From positions 124,001 through 188,000 of the forward strand of contig QPMI01000056.1 in NCBI GenBank assembly GCA_004431415.1: a DNA stretch of 64,000 nt, in the 5' to 3' direction. The translations under genes were made by a program, and so were the position numbers. Numbering within the stretch: position 1 is the stretch's first letter; each line of letters starts with the position of its first letter. Positions 22,414-34,700 of the stretch are shown one piece after another. The DNA comes from Cyanophora paradoxa CCMP329 (lineage: Eukaryota; Plantae; Glaucophyta). The notes beneath the pieces are model-generated. The model had not been told where the DNA came from and ran no database searches. It saw nothing but the letters and a program-made list of their open reading frames with translations.

Positions 22414-24157
22414 ATGGCGCAGCACGCGCGCTCCTCGCTCGCCCTGGTCCTCGTCATCGCCCTCGCGGGCCTGGCGGCCGTCTCGGCCGGCGGGACGGGC
22501 GGCGGCAACGGGACCGGGAACGGCAATAGCCCCGCCAAGGACGCGGCCGTGCTGGCGCCCCGCGTGGATGCTAACGGGACCATCATCGCGTGCCCTATCT
22601 TCAAGGCGAAGCAGGTCCGAGCTTTACAAGTTACATTAGAGAGTCTCGACGAACTGAATGTTAGCTGAGATCGTGGCCGGGCACGGCAGGTCTCGTGGCG
22701 CAACTGCTCGGAGCAGCTGGGCCCCAAGCGCGAGTGCCGCGGCGCCGCCGGCTGCTTCGGCGCGAACGAGCCGGACCCCCGCCGCATCCAGGTCTCCGGC
22801 GACCGCAACGGTCCGCGGCGGCCCCGGTCTCCCCTAGCCCCTCTCAGCTGACTCTTAGCCAATTGCAACGCCCGGCAGGCACCGTGAACGGGACGTGCTC
22901 CTCCCGCGCCGCGAACCTCGCCACCGGCCGCCCCGTCCAGTGCGCCCCCCTTTCCGCCTGGCGGGACCCGCCCTTCCTCCTTTCTCGCCGCGTGGTTTGA
23001 TTGTTTTTTGTTTGCCCTCGCAGGTGCACGCTGCAGTGCGGTGGCAAGAAGTGCCCGCGGGGCCTCGGCTGGGCCTACGCATGCTCCAACAGTACCTGCG
23101 TCAAGGCCGGTGCGCCGTCTTCCCCGAGGCGCAGAGTCTCTGGCTCAGTGGGAGTCTCGTCTGACCCGCCCTCTGATTCGCAGAGAAGCTCTTCAACCTC
23201 CCGAACGACACGGCCTGCCCCGCCGCCGGCCAGTCCCGCCGCGACGCCTGCGGCCTCTGCGGCGGCAAGGGCCGCGACCTCGTGCGCCCGTACCCCCTCA
23301 GCTTCTCCCACCCCCCACCATCGCCCCCCCCCCCCGAACTTCGTTCGCAGTGCGGGCGGTGCCCTAAGAAGGGCCAGGCGGCCAACGCGACCTGCGATTT
23401 CCCCGCGGGGGCCCTCCCCATGGACGCCCTCGTGGCCCCGGGTACGACCGACGAGAACGTCACGCAGGCCCTCTCCGACCTCACCGGTACCCCCCCCCGC
23501 TCCCTCCGGTCCCCTTCGTTCGCACTGAATTTCGTTCGCAGGCGTGGACCCGTCCCTCTTCGCGGTGACGAGCCGCACCTCGTCCTCCTCGCGGCGCATG
23601 GGGCGGCACATGCGCCACCTCCCCGCGGCCCGCCGCTCGGCGCTGCAGGCGAGCCGCCCGGCCCGGGCGAGATGCTCTAGGCTCTGCGCGCTAGTTTCGA
23701 ACCTGCTAAGGCGCCTGCGATCGCAGGCGGGCGCCTCGGGCGACTCGATCGTCGTCGTGCTCCTCAGCGACGACCCCGCCACCCAGGCCCGCCCCCGCCC
23801 CCGCCCCCGCCCCCCGCCCCCGCCCACCTTCTTCGTCTGACGGCCTCGGGGGGGTACCCGCGCAGGAGCTGCTCCTCGAGGCGGCGGCCAGCGGCGCCGC
23901 CTCCGACGCCGGTGCGGCTCCCCTTGAGAACTCGTCAGGGACTCTTTCTGATCGGGGGCGGGCGGGGCGCAGGGCTCCTCGGCCTGCGGAGCCTGCTCGC
24001 GGTGGGCGCGGAGCTCCCCGCCGGCTACGACCCGCTCGACGCGGCCCTGGGCGGCGCCCCCAGCGCCGCCGCGCCGCTCGCCGGCCCGGGCCCCGCCTCC
24101 CTCCTCGGAGCCGTCCTCGCCCTCGCCCTCGCCCTCGCCGCCGGCCTCCTCGCCTAG
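22414..24157 (+). CDS. Secreted Cys-rich, N-glycosylated, probably GPI-anchored surface protein, multi-exon
   Basis: Signal peptide MAQHARSSLALVLVIALAGLAAVSA; many NxT/S sites (NGT, NCS, NST, NDT, NAT, NVT); Cys-rich exons including RDACGLCGG; small-residue stretch followed by hydrophobic C-terminus ASLLGAVLALALALAAGLLA-TAG. Confidence 0.72.
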
Positions 24158-24838
24158 GCAGTTTCCGCAGTGTACAGCAGTGCCGAATTCGATTCGAGAG
24201 CGAGGGGCCGCGAGGCGTCGAGGTCGAGGGCACAGGCCTGCATGGGCGGCGGGTGTCGGAGCCTGCAGCTGCGCCTGCTCTAGCTCTAGGAGCCGCTCGT
24301 GGAAAGAAGCTCGTGCATAAATAGATTAAGTTCAATATGCAATTACCTCGCCAAGACTCCCGCCCGCCATTGGCCAATTACCTCGCCAAGACTCCCAGGC
24401 TTTGTCCACAGCCATTGGGCTCCCAGTGTACAGCAGTGCCGAATTCGACGGCATCGACGGCAAGGCTGCAGGCCGGCTATCCTGGGCCTGGGGCTGTGCC
24501 TGGACCTGCACATGCGCATGCCGGCCGTGGCGAGAAGGAAGTCTCGAAGGGGAAAGTCTAGGGGGCGAAGCCCGGCCTTTCCGCTGATCCGAAGGGAGGG
24601 GACGCGGGGGCAGGGGCGGGCCGGGGTTAGGGGGCCAGCGCCTGGCCCCGTGCCCCCTCCCCCTCCCCACCCCCACCATCATATGGGGCCACGAGACCGG
24701 GTGCTAGACCCCTCACCAGCGCTAGCAACCCTGAGCTGACTCAGTGAGGTTCGCAGCCGGCCCTCAGGTTCACAGCATCAGGCAGCATAAATAGAATAAG
24801 ATAAATATACAATAATCTCGCCAGGACTCCCGCCCGCC

Positions 24839-26967
24839 TCACAGGAGGGGCGCGCGCTCTGCATATACCCCCGCACCGCCCTCCAACACCGCCGCCTCGA
24901 GCCACGCCGACCCGTCCGCGAGGTCGCCGTACCCCTCCAGGGCCGCCCCGTCCTCCCCCGCCTCGGCGCCGGGGAGGGGTACGAGGTCCGAGGTCTCCTC
25001 CGCCCCCTCCGCCGTGTACGGCTGCACCTAAAAATACCGTGAGCGGCGAGGGGGGGTACGGTAAATAAATGAATCGAATTCGGGGCGTACAGCGCGATCG
25101 CCGCCGTCGGCGTCGTCGAGCTCCTTCCAGAAGCGGAGGCCGCGGAGGCAGGACCCGAAGCAGCCCTTGGGCGCCGGCGCCGCCGCGGGCCCGTTCCCGC
25201 CCCCGTTCCCGCTGCCGCTGCCGTCGTCGTCGGGAGGCGTCGTCGCGGTCCTGCGCTCGCCCTGCGCCGTGTAGTACTGCGATGCCGCGCGCTCGACGTC
25301 GGCGCAGCCGGCGCCTCCCAGGCCCCGCATCACTGGCGGCCGCGGTCAGCGAGTCAGTACCAGCGAGCCATGGCCGGCGCGGCCCTGGGCCGGAGGTGCC
25401 GGCGCCGGCGCGGCCGCGCGCGTCCTCCGGACGCCCGTAGACTTGGGACGGGGCGGGGCCCGTTCAGGGCGCACCGGCGTGCGAGTTCGCGAGCGCCATC
25501 GCTTCTTTCACCGCCTGCGAACGAAGCGGCCGGCCGGGCGGGCGGGCGCGGTACCCCCGTCAGCGAGGCGGCTTGAAAAGCGCTGCGTTCCGACCTTGAG
25601 CGTCTCGTTGCCTGCGACGGCGTTGGCGCTCAGGATGTTACCCCCCTTGCTCGCCGCCTCCTGCATCGCCGCCATGAACGCCTGCACCGAAAGAAAGACC
25701 GGCTCTGAGGGGGGGGGAGAGAGCGAGAAAGATCGGAAGGGGTGGGGTGGGATGGGGGGTACACCTTCTGCATGATCCGGGCGGCCTGAGTGTTCTCCTC
25801 GAGGATGGCGCGCCGAACGGAGTACCCCTTGAAGCTATCCATGCCCTCGTTGCACATTCCGTCCCTCGCGGGGTTCCAGAAATAGCCGTACCTAGGGACG
25901 GCGTCGGTTTCGAAGGGGGTACGCGAATGAGGGGGAATCGCGAACTCGGCGGGGTACGCGACGCTCTTCAGCACGTCTTCCCTGATCGGGGGCGGACCCC
26001 ACAGGTACCCCACAGGGCCGTCGCTCGGCTGTTCCGATACCCCCAAGCCCGCGTCAGGGGGTACGCATTCCGCAGCTGCAGTGCTGGGATACCGCGCACC
26101 GCGCCAAACGGGAGGCCATCGGATTCAGAGAGGGTACTGCGGCTCTCCGCGAGAGAGAGCTTCGACGAGGGTAAGCATGATTCACGGGGGGTGGGGGGGG
26201 GGTACGCGGACCGTCAGGCCGCCGTTGTTAGGGGCTGGCTTGGGGTCCACAACGGTCTGGTTGTCTGGCCGCACGTAGGACACGTGGGGGTCGAGCCCGC
26301 CGGAGATCTGCGGGGGGTACACGGCGAAAATCAGCTGCAGGGGTACGCGACCGAATCGGATTTCGCTACGCACGGCCTTTTGCTGGACCGGGACGGGTCT
26401 GCCGATGGGTTGGTTTGTGATGTCACGGCACTCGTACCCGTCGAGACCGCCCTTCGGCACCGCGGCGCCGGGGTACCTGCCGATATCGATCGCATCGAGT
26501 GCGCGGGCGCGGGCGGGCGGGGCCCGGGGCGGCGCCAGCGCGCCGTACCCCTTGTCGAGGGGGCAGCAGACGTGATCGTCGGACTTGTACACTCCGTCGG
26601 GCCCGCTCTTGTAGAGGGGTACAGCCTTGAAGACCTGACGGACGGGCGGGGGTACTGGTGAGCGGGCGCGGTCCGTTCGAAGAACTCGGGTACGAGAAAT
26701 CGGAGGAACGGGCGCACGTGGTATACGGTCCCGGCTCCTGGGTTCTTGGCGTCGTTGAAGAACGGGTCCGGTAGCGGGGGGCAGACCTTGGCGAGCTTCG
26801 AATTCGAAGCCCCGCGGGCTCCTGTGGCCTTGAGCGGCTGCTTGCCCTGCGTGCGAAAAGCACAGTTTAGGCCGCGCGCGTGCGGGTGTGCGCGGGGCCC
26901 GGCGCGCGCGCGCTGGCCCTGGCGACCGTCGGACGCCTGCCAGCGTGGCAGCCTGGGCGCTGGCCAT
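24839..26967 (-). CDS. Hypothetical multi-exon protein
   Basis: Splice-consistent exons: MASAQAATLAG..., VCPPLPDPFFNDAKNPG, VYKSDDHVCCPLDKGY, LSLAESRSTLSESDGLPFGA, PSDGPVGYLWGPPPIREDVLK...IMQK, AFMAAMQEAASKGG, MRGLGGAGCADVERAASQYYTAQG and ...YAERAPLL-TGA. Confidence 0.6.
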
Positions 26968-27317
26968 GGAGCGGGCCGGACCCGGGGTCCGGGCAGAGCT
27001 AAGATCAGATCTAGGAGTCGCGAACGGACCTTATCAGCGCGGCCGCGGCCGCGGGGCGACGGCGACGGTGACCGCGACCGCAATGTTGGCGCGCCGCCGA
27101 ACCGTGGGCTGTCCATGCAGACGCTCTGTGGTGAAAGTGATGCTCCGGAGCCCGAATGAGCCTCGAACGAGCCCGGGCTGCAGCTGCCTGCGCGTCAACG
27201 TCGCGTCGACGTCGGTCAGGTCAGCCCAACAGGCCTAGAGCGGCGGGCGCGCGGCCCGGCGCAGCGGCTCATTGGGAATATAACGGTGTGCGTTGCGTAC
27301 CTCGGGAGAGCGCTGCG

Positions 27318-29280
27318 ATGAGGCCGAACTTCAACGCCCGCTCGAAGTCGTACCCCGGCTGGACGAGTCCCCCCGGCGACTCAGCGAGTCCTCAGCCGCC
27401 GATATCGATGGCGGACGACGAGTGGGTCCGGTTCACGCGCGTGAGCGCCGAGGCGCCCGAGGGCGTCGAGCTCCAGGGCGCCGCCTTCGCCTTCAAGAAT
27501 GAGTCGAATGGCCACGCGACGATCGGCATCGTCGGCGGCCGCACGCGCGACCTCCGGGTGCGAGGGCGCGGCGATGCGCGCGTCCGGCCTCGCCTCCGGC
27601 GCTCCGCTCCCCGGCTGACGTGCGGCGCGGGCGGGGGCTCAGCTGCTGGACGTGCAGACGCAGGAGTGGCGCATTCGGCGGCAGAAGAAGCGGCAGGCGC
27701 CCGAGGCGGACGGGGAGGGCTCCGCGGCGGCCGCCGCGCCCCCGCCGCCGGCGTCGGACTGGCCGCCGGCGCTCGACCACGCGACCGTCGTCGTGCACGC
27801 GTGCCCGGAGCCCGTCGGGTGCGCCCCGGAGCCCTCTTCGCGCCTCTCCGCTTGGCGCCCGACGCGGCGCGGCGCGCGCGGGGCCCGCGGCAGGCCCTGC
27901 GCCTTCCTGTACGGCGGCGTGGGGGAGGACACGAAGCTCGGCGACGTCTGGCGCCTCTCGTGCGCACCGCTACGCCCGAGCTCGAAGCTTCGAATTCGAA
28001 TCTGACGAGCCGCCCGCTCGCCCGCCCGCAGGCTCCGCACGCTGCAGTGGACGCGCGTTTACCAGCACCACGAGCGGGCGGCCGCTGCCGGCGCGGGCGG
28101 CGCCGCGCCGGCGCCCGAGGGCCGCTCCAGGCAACCCGCGGCCCCTCCTCGAGCCCGCGCCCGCGCCCGCCGCTGAGGCGCCCGGCCTGCGGCAGGCACG
28201 CGGCGGCGGTGAGGGGGGACGAGATGCTCGTGTACGGGGGCGGCGGCGCCGCGGGGGGGAACCTCGCCGACCTCTGGGTACCCCCCTCCCTCCCCTCCCC
28301 GCCCGCTTCGTTTGCGCCTCTCATCTGGCCCAGGCGTTCCACCTGGTGGACCACAAGTGGCGGCTGGTGGCGGCGTACCCCGCGGGCGCTTCGGACCCAG
28401 AGGCCCCGCCCCCCTGCGAGGACCCCGCCATGTGGTGCGCTGTACCACCCGCTCGGCTCCCGTCGCCCTCAATCTGAAATCTTCCTTTTTCAGGGTATCC
28501 CGGGACGGCAACCTCGTCTTCGTTCTCGGGGGCGACGAGGACGCCGAGGTGCCGTACCCCCCTCCCGTCCGCCCTTCCACTTCTTCCCTCTGACGGGGGG
28601 TACAGGGCCCCGGGGCGAAGCTGCCGCGGTTCCACTGCTACTCGTTCAAGCGGCTCCGCTGGCGGCGCCTCCTCTCAGACCCCGGCGCCCTCGGCAAGCT
28701 CCGCGCCCGCGGCGAGGCGCGCCCGTACCCCCTTTGGTCCATTTCAGTTCGACGTACCCCCCTCGCCTCTGAGGCTGCACGCCCCAGGTTTCCTACGGGA
28801 CGGTGGGGGGCCGGCACCTGCTCTGGGGCGGGCGTACCCCCCCGGAGCACTTCCACAAGGACGCGTACGAGCTCTGCGTTCGAGTACGCGATTCCCTGAC
28901 CCCGGAACCCTGGTACCCCCGGCCTCCGTGATGCGTACCCCCGCAGCCGAAGCCGAGCGGGGCGAGCGACATCTTCTGGCGGCCCCTGAACTGTTCCGGT
29001 CGTGTACCCCCCGCTCGTGTGCGCCCCGACTGCAGTCTCGTACCCCTTCCCGAAGTCACGCGAGAGGTACGGCAGGCCCTGGCGCGCGTGGCGGTCGTAC
29101 CCGGGCCCCGCGGCGCGGCGTACTTCGTCGGCGGGTGCCCTGTACCCCTCTCCCCAAGCCAAGCCAGTACCCGTCTCACACTGACGTACCCCCCACTCTC
29201 CCAGGTACGCAGCGGACGAGGGGGATCGCGTCGACTTTGCGGACGTGTACGAGATCGGAGTGGCCGCGCTCGCCCCGTGA
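27318..29280 (+). CDS. Kelch-repeat beta-propeller protein, multi-exon
   Basis: Repeated GG-containing Kelch motifs: IGIVGGR, AFLYGGVGEDTKLGDVWRL, RHAAAVRGDEMLVYGGGG..NLADLWAF...KW, VFVLGGDE, HLLWGGR, AYFVG. TGA at 29278-29280. Alternative start at 27408. Confidence 0.8.
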
Positions 29281-30167
29281 GTCTTAAGGAGCTAGGCCTT
29301 GCAATGGAGCGATGTGAGCGAATTCAATCATTCGTCTTGGGGGCGCCGGCGAGTAAGACCTTCACTTCTACTGCTGCGGCAGTAGTGCCGCAGTACTAGG
29401 TGCTACTGCGCATGCTGCAGTACTAGTAGGGCCGGCTGAGTGGGCCCGGCTGAGTGGGCGGCCGCGGGCCCATCGATATCCGCCCTCCAGATCCGATTTT
29501 TTGAGAGCTGCATCTGGGCGGCGGCCCCGCCGGCGGGACGGCGCCGGGGCGGCGGGGCCGCCGGCGCGCCGCCCCGCCGAACTCGGGCTGCAGTCGGGCG
29601 CCAGCGACGGACACAGACTCTGTCACAGTGTCACAGAGGAGTCTGAGAGGACTCTGAGAGGAGCCTCCGAGGAGGTGGGGGGGTAGGGGCCCCGCCGGGC
29701 CGGGCCCGTAGGGCCCGGTAGGCGCGCGCGCCAATGAATCGGCCATGAGCCGATTCATGATCGCCGTTGATCTATGGGCCGACGACGGCCCGACGTGTAC
29801 GTATAGTAGTCGTATACTAGTACCGTGACACAACCGTCCTACGGTCACACGGTGTGAGGCCGGGTGAGGGCCGTGACGGCCCGTGAGGCTCGGTGACTCG
29901 CCGAGTCGACGGTGAGTCCGGGTCCGGGAGGCTCCCCGAGCTCGCGATGTCGGGATTCGGGAACTTGGGAACCGTGAACCGGTACCAGGCTTCAAGCCTT
30001 CAACCAGCTGCAACTAGCCTGCAAGCCTGCAATTGCAACGCCGCGGCGTCTCATCGATATCAGCCAGCAGCTGCAGCAGCCTGCTGATCGGATCATCGGA
30101 TCTAGATTCTGGACCAGCGGCGCGCGCGCGCGCCTTCTGCAGCTTCAGTAGACCGGACCCGCGGCCG

Positions 30168-31733
30168 ATGGCTCGATGGACGCGGGCCCAAACGCGTCCG
30201 CGCGCTCGGGCGCGTGTAACGGCCATATGCATGGCCATCCATCGGCGCGTTCTCGGCGGGCTCCAGCTGGCCATGGCCCAAGGCTTGGCCCTAGGCATAT
30301 GCCTGGCTTTTATCGTCGACGTCGCAGCTGCGCATGCGCATGCAGGCGAGCCCGCGGTGCGGTTCGAATTCGAGGCTCGGCTGCAGGGCGACCTGCCGCT
30401 CGGCCTGCTGCGCACCCCGGGCGCCCGCGTCCACTCCACGCGGCCGCTTGGCGTGCTCGTCATCTCTGCAGCTGCCTCGAACGGTGCGGTCGCGTGCAGA
30501 TGTCAAGCATGCGCACATATGCATGCATGCGCATATGCACGTGTCATGCATATGCACATATGCATATGCATTGCATGATCATGACCACTGATCGCGATCA
30601 TGACCGCGCATGCGCAGAGAGCGATGCTCGAGATCATGATCTCTCGTTCTTCAATCTCAGCTCGTCCGTGCCGATGTTCACTCTCCGCCGGTAACAGCGC
30701 ATTTGTGCTTCCTCGCCGCTGGGTCATGACCCGCTCCCGTACACGTGGCGCGGCTGCAGCGGCACGCACATCGAGGCTGTGGCGACGACGTCGCCGCCCG
30801 CGGCTGATCGGACCCTGGTCGCCTCCCTCGCGTCCGATGGCTCTGTCAGGTGCCGGCGCCCCGCCGCGCCGCCCCCGCACGCGTACGGCCCCGCACGGCG
30901 CCGGGGCGCCGGCGCAGCTGCAGCGCCGCGGCGTGCACGCTCAGCCGCTCCCCGACTCGCATATACGTACTGATTATGATACGCCTGGCGCGCAGCGTGC
31001 ACGATGCGGACGGGAGGCAGCTCGTGCGGGAAATCTGCTGCCACCCTCACGCCGCCCAGTGCGCTGGCTTCCGCCTCCGCCCGGCCGCCGCCGTCGGCCC
31101 CGATCCAAGCTCTAATTATAAGTAAATTAATATTAATATGAATGCGCAGGGTGTCCATCTCGCCAGACGGCAGCCACGTCGCGACCTCCGGTGCGCTGCC
31201 GCGCAATATTATTCATTATATGCACGAACGCCCCTCCTTCTATATTAAACGGTCGCCTTGCTCTGCATGCGCAGGCGGAGGAGGCGTGAAGGTCTGGGGC
31301 GTTGCCGACGGCGCCCTTGCGGCCGACCTGCCCGTGCCGCTCGCCCTCGCCACCGCCTGGTCCCCTAGGCCTGCAGCTGGCGGCTCGTCCCTCGAGCTCG
31401 AGCTCGCGATCGCCGCCGCCGACAGCGTCCACATCTACCGCACAGCGGACTGGAGCCCGACCGTCACCCTTGGCCTTCCATTCGGGGTGCGCATGCACCC
31501 AGCCTGGCAGATTCCGAGCGCGCCCTCACTCCGGATCCGGAGCAGGCACGGCGCGTCGCGTTCGCGGGAGAGGACCTGCTGGTCGCGACCGACGTCGACG
31601 GGGCGACGCTGCGGGTGTGGGACCTCCGCCGCGGGGCGCAGCTGCACGCGCTGCGGGAGCCCATGGCCGGCGGCGCCGCCGGCGCTTTCACCGAACTCGA
31701 CGCGGCGCGCGTGCCCGTCGACTTCGAATTCGA

Positions 31734-31771
<38 letters not shown>

Positions 31772-34700
31772 ATCGCGAGCTCGAGCTCGCCGTCGTGGGC
31801 ACTGACGGCCCGCGGGCGCACCTCGTCGACCTGCGGGGCGGAACCTTTCTGGTCGCCCTTCCGATGCCGGAGGGGCCCGTCGACTCCGTCGCTGTGCACA
31901 TCGCCGGGAACGTCGACGGCCGCCGCGGGTTGAGCGTCTCCGCGGCCGGCGGCGGCTCCGTTCGCACCTGGTCCCTCGAGCTCCTCCGGATCGCCGCGAT
32001 CCCGGCGGCCATGGCCATCCATGGCCGCAAGCGCGCGCCCCTCGAGTCCGAGACGATTGTCATCGAAGGGAACACCAGCACGACTTGCGAACTTGCACAC
32101 ATGCCCCAAGCAATCTATTCCACGTGCACCGTCGCCTTTTCTGGCTACACGGGCGCCTTCCAAGTTTTCGTCTGCAACGCTTCCGTCCCGGACATCTCCT
32201 ACAGCGACGCCACCCCTGGCTGCAACTTGGTAGGCTTCCTGGCTGACCGCGGACTAAAAAACATAGGGCCTCGTCCTCATTCAGCAAAAGAAATAATAAA
32301 TGCTTCGCTCTCGCAGTTTGCAAACTCGCAGCACGTTCAGTTCGAAGATGGCACATTGAAGCACGTCATGGGCACTATCTTCGATCAGGAAAATTTTTTG
32401 AGCGTAATCTGCGGACCGGGTGCAAGCAGGTGGGTAGAGCATAACTAGTATTATCTGTCTGGGTGTATCATATATAGTATATAGGCGCTTCTACCCAGTG
32501 ACTGAGCCTCCGCCTTTCATAATCATCGCCTGTGTGCATGCGCAGCTCGGGGTGTAAGGCGAAGTGGGTCGTGGTTTCCAGCACATCGCCAACGACTTTT
32601 GCAACACGTGCCGTTGTTTTAAAACCAGGTTTGAGGCCCATTCACGGATCTAGCTGTAAAGTCAGTGTATTAAACACTGCTTACATTGATATCGCGCAGC
32701 CCCATTGGTGCAAATTGTTTCTCCGACAGCGGATGTTTGTGTAATTGGAAAGCCATGCACTATTGCTTGGAACATCAGGGGTTCTGCTGCTGTCTCGATC
32801 GCGAACGTTTTTGTCTGCGGGGACCCCGACCGCATCGATATCGAAACCTATCCATCGTTCAAATGTGAACAGGTTTGCCCTGTACTAATACGATATCATA
32901 TTGAATATAATTACCGGTTAGACTTTATACTAATAAAATTAGCCTTCGAGCTCCTGTACATCTAGATCTGCAGATACATGCACAGATCTAGAGGACCGTT
33001 AACCTCATGCCTCCTGCAGATAGCGACTGAAGTGACCAGCCCCGCTCTGGTCATGATGACCTCGAATATCTGGCACATGTTCTGCAACGATTCTACACCG
33101 CGTCCTCGGTGCTCTTTCGAGCTTAAATCGCGATCGACGTCATGTGGAGTCGATTCCAGCCGTGCAGCTCACGCTGATTTTGAGCCCGATGGTCGCAGGT
33201 GCCCGCAGCGCGCTGCGTTAAGTTGGAGGGTCGGAGCATATATACGTGTACAGGGCAGTGACAAAAGCCTCACGAACATTTTAACCCAGTTAGACTTGAG
33301 CTCGCATGCCTTCGAGCTCCGAAATATTCGCGATCCTGCCGGTGAGCTCATGATATATTATATATGAACCGTGGCAGCGCTTATAATTATTGTCGATCTT
33401 TCGCGAGCGCAGTTCCGGAGGACCCCATTGCGGTCTCTGATACCAGCAATGCCACGTGTTTTGCACAGAACGACATTTTTCAGCCTACCTGTACCATCGG
33501 CTGGTCGGGCTACGCTGGCATAGTCTCGGTCTTCCTCTGCAGCTTGGCCGTCCCCAATGTCTCCTATGACCGCACCACATCCGGATGCTTCGAGGTGCTT
33601 TGCGATATCTAATATTTATCTCTATTATGATCGGCTTATATATGATTACGTGTGGACGCAATTGCGAGCAGCTCGCGCATGAAGATTCTGTTTACGGTAC
33701 CTCGGTCCAAGTCGTCATCAGCAAGGAAACTCTCGCTACTGTTTGCGCGTGCAGATCGGGCAGGTACTTCTCCTTACGCGCATTACGCGATTGTGTCTCG
33801 TGTCTGATGTCCTCACACCTACAGATCAATTTGCACCGCAAAGTGGGTGGTGGTTTCGAGCACATCGCCCTTGAACTTCGCCACGCGTATTGTCGTCATG
33901 GAACCGGGTTTGTTGTCTTGATATATTGCGTACACGATGGAAAATGTTTTGGATGACGCAATCGCTCGGGCCGGGGCTCGAAACGCAGCGCCCATCGACT
34001 TTCAGATTTTCCCAATGAAATCCTCCACGGCCATCTGCTATGTCGGCCAGCAATGTGCGATCGGCTGGAGCGGATACACGAATGCTGATTTATTTATATG
34101 CGGAAATACGCAATTGAACCCGAGGACGCCAGCCTGTGTCAAAGTGCGTTGCATAGCGAATCGACGTATTTATCATGCATATCCTCATGATCATGATCAG
34201 GTCGCTACTCGAGCGAGTAGCCCCGCTTCGGTCGCAATCACTTCTATAATCTGGGAATTGTATTGCGATCCGTACACAACGGCATCTGAATTCTATACGA
34301 CTCGGTGCGAATGAGGTTTTAGATTAATTCTCGGCACATTGCCGCAATGATATGTCGTCCAATTGCTCTACCGTAATAGTACATGTACAGTCGTCAAATA
34401 CTGATGCTGCATGCGCAGTTGTACAAATGAGTTTACCGGCTTATCGTGGAAGGTAGTGGTGGAGACAAGTCTCGGTCCCATCACAAGGGTCGCCAGTTTT
34501 GAGCTTCGTAAAGCACGTAACTACACAGGTGCTGAGCTATAACTTTAGGGTGCTCTCTACAGTTTAAGGATCACTGTGTGTTCGATCGCAGTTCCGGAAG
34601 ACGCTATCGCCGTCCTCAGTACAAGCCATTCGGAGTGCATAGAGTACTCGGAATTCGAGAACACCTCCAATCCGTGCTTCGTCTCCTGGGCGGGGTACAA

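Noticed and set aside
26125-26127. Apparent in-frame TGA (YPL*) in the 24839-26967 gene
   Set aside because: An upstream acceptor (GTCGAAG) gives the open exon LSLAESRSTLSESDGLPFGA, which splices in frame to the next exon.
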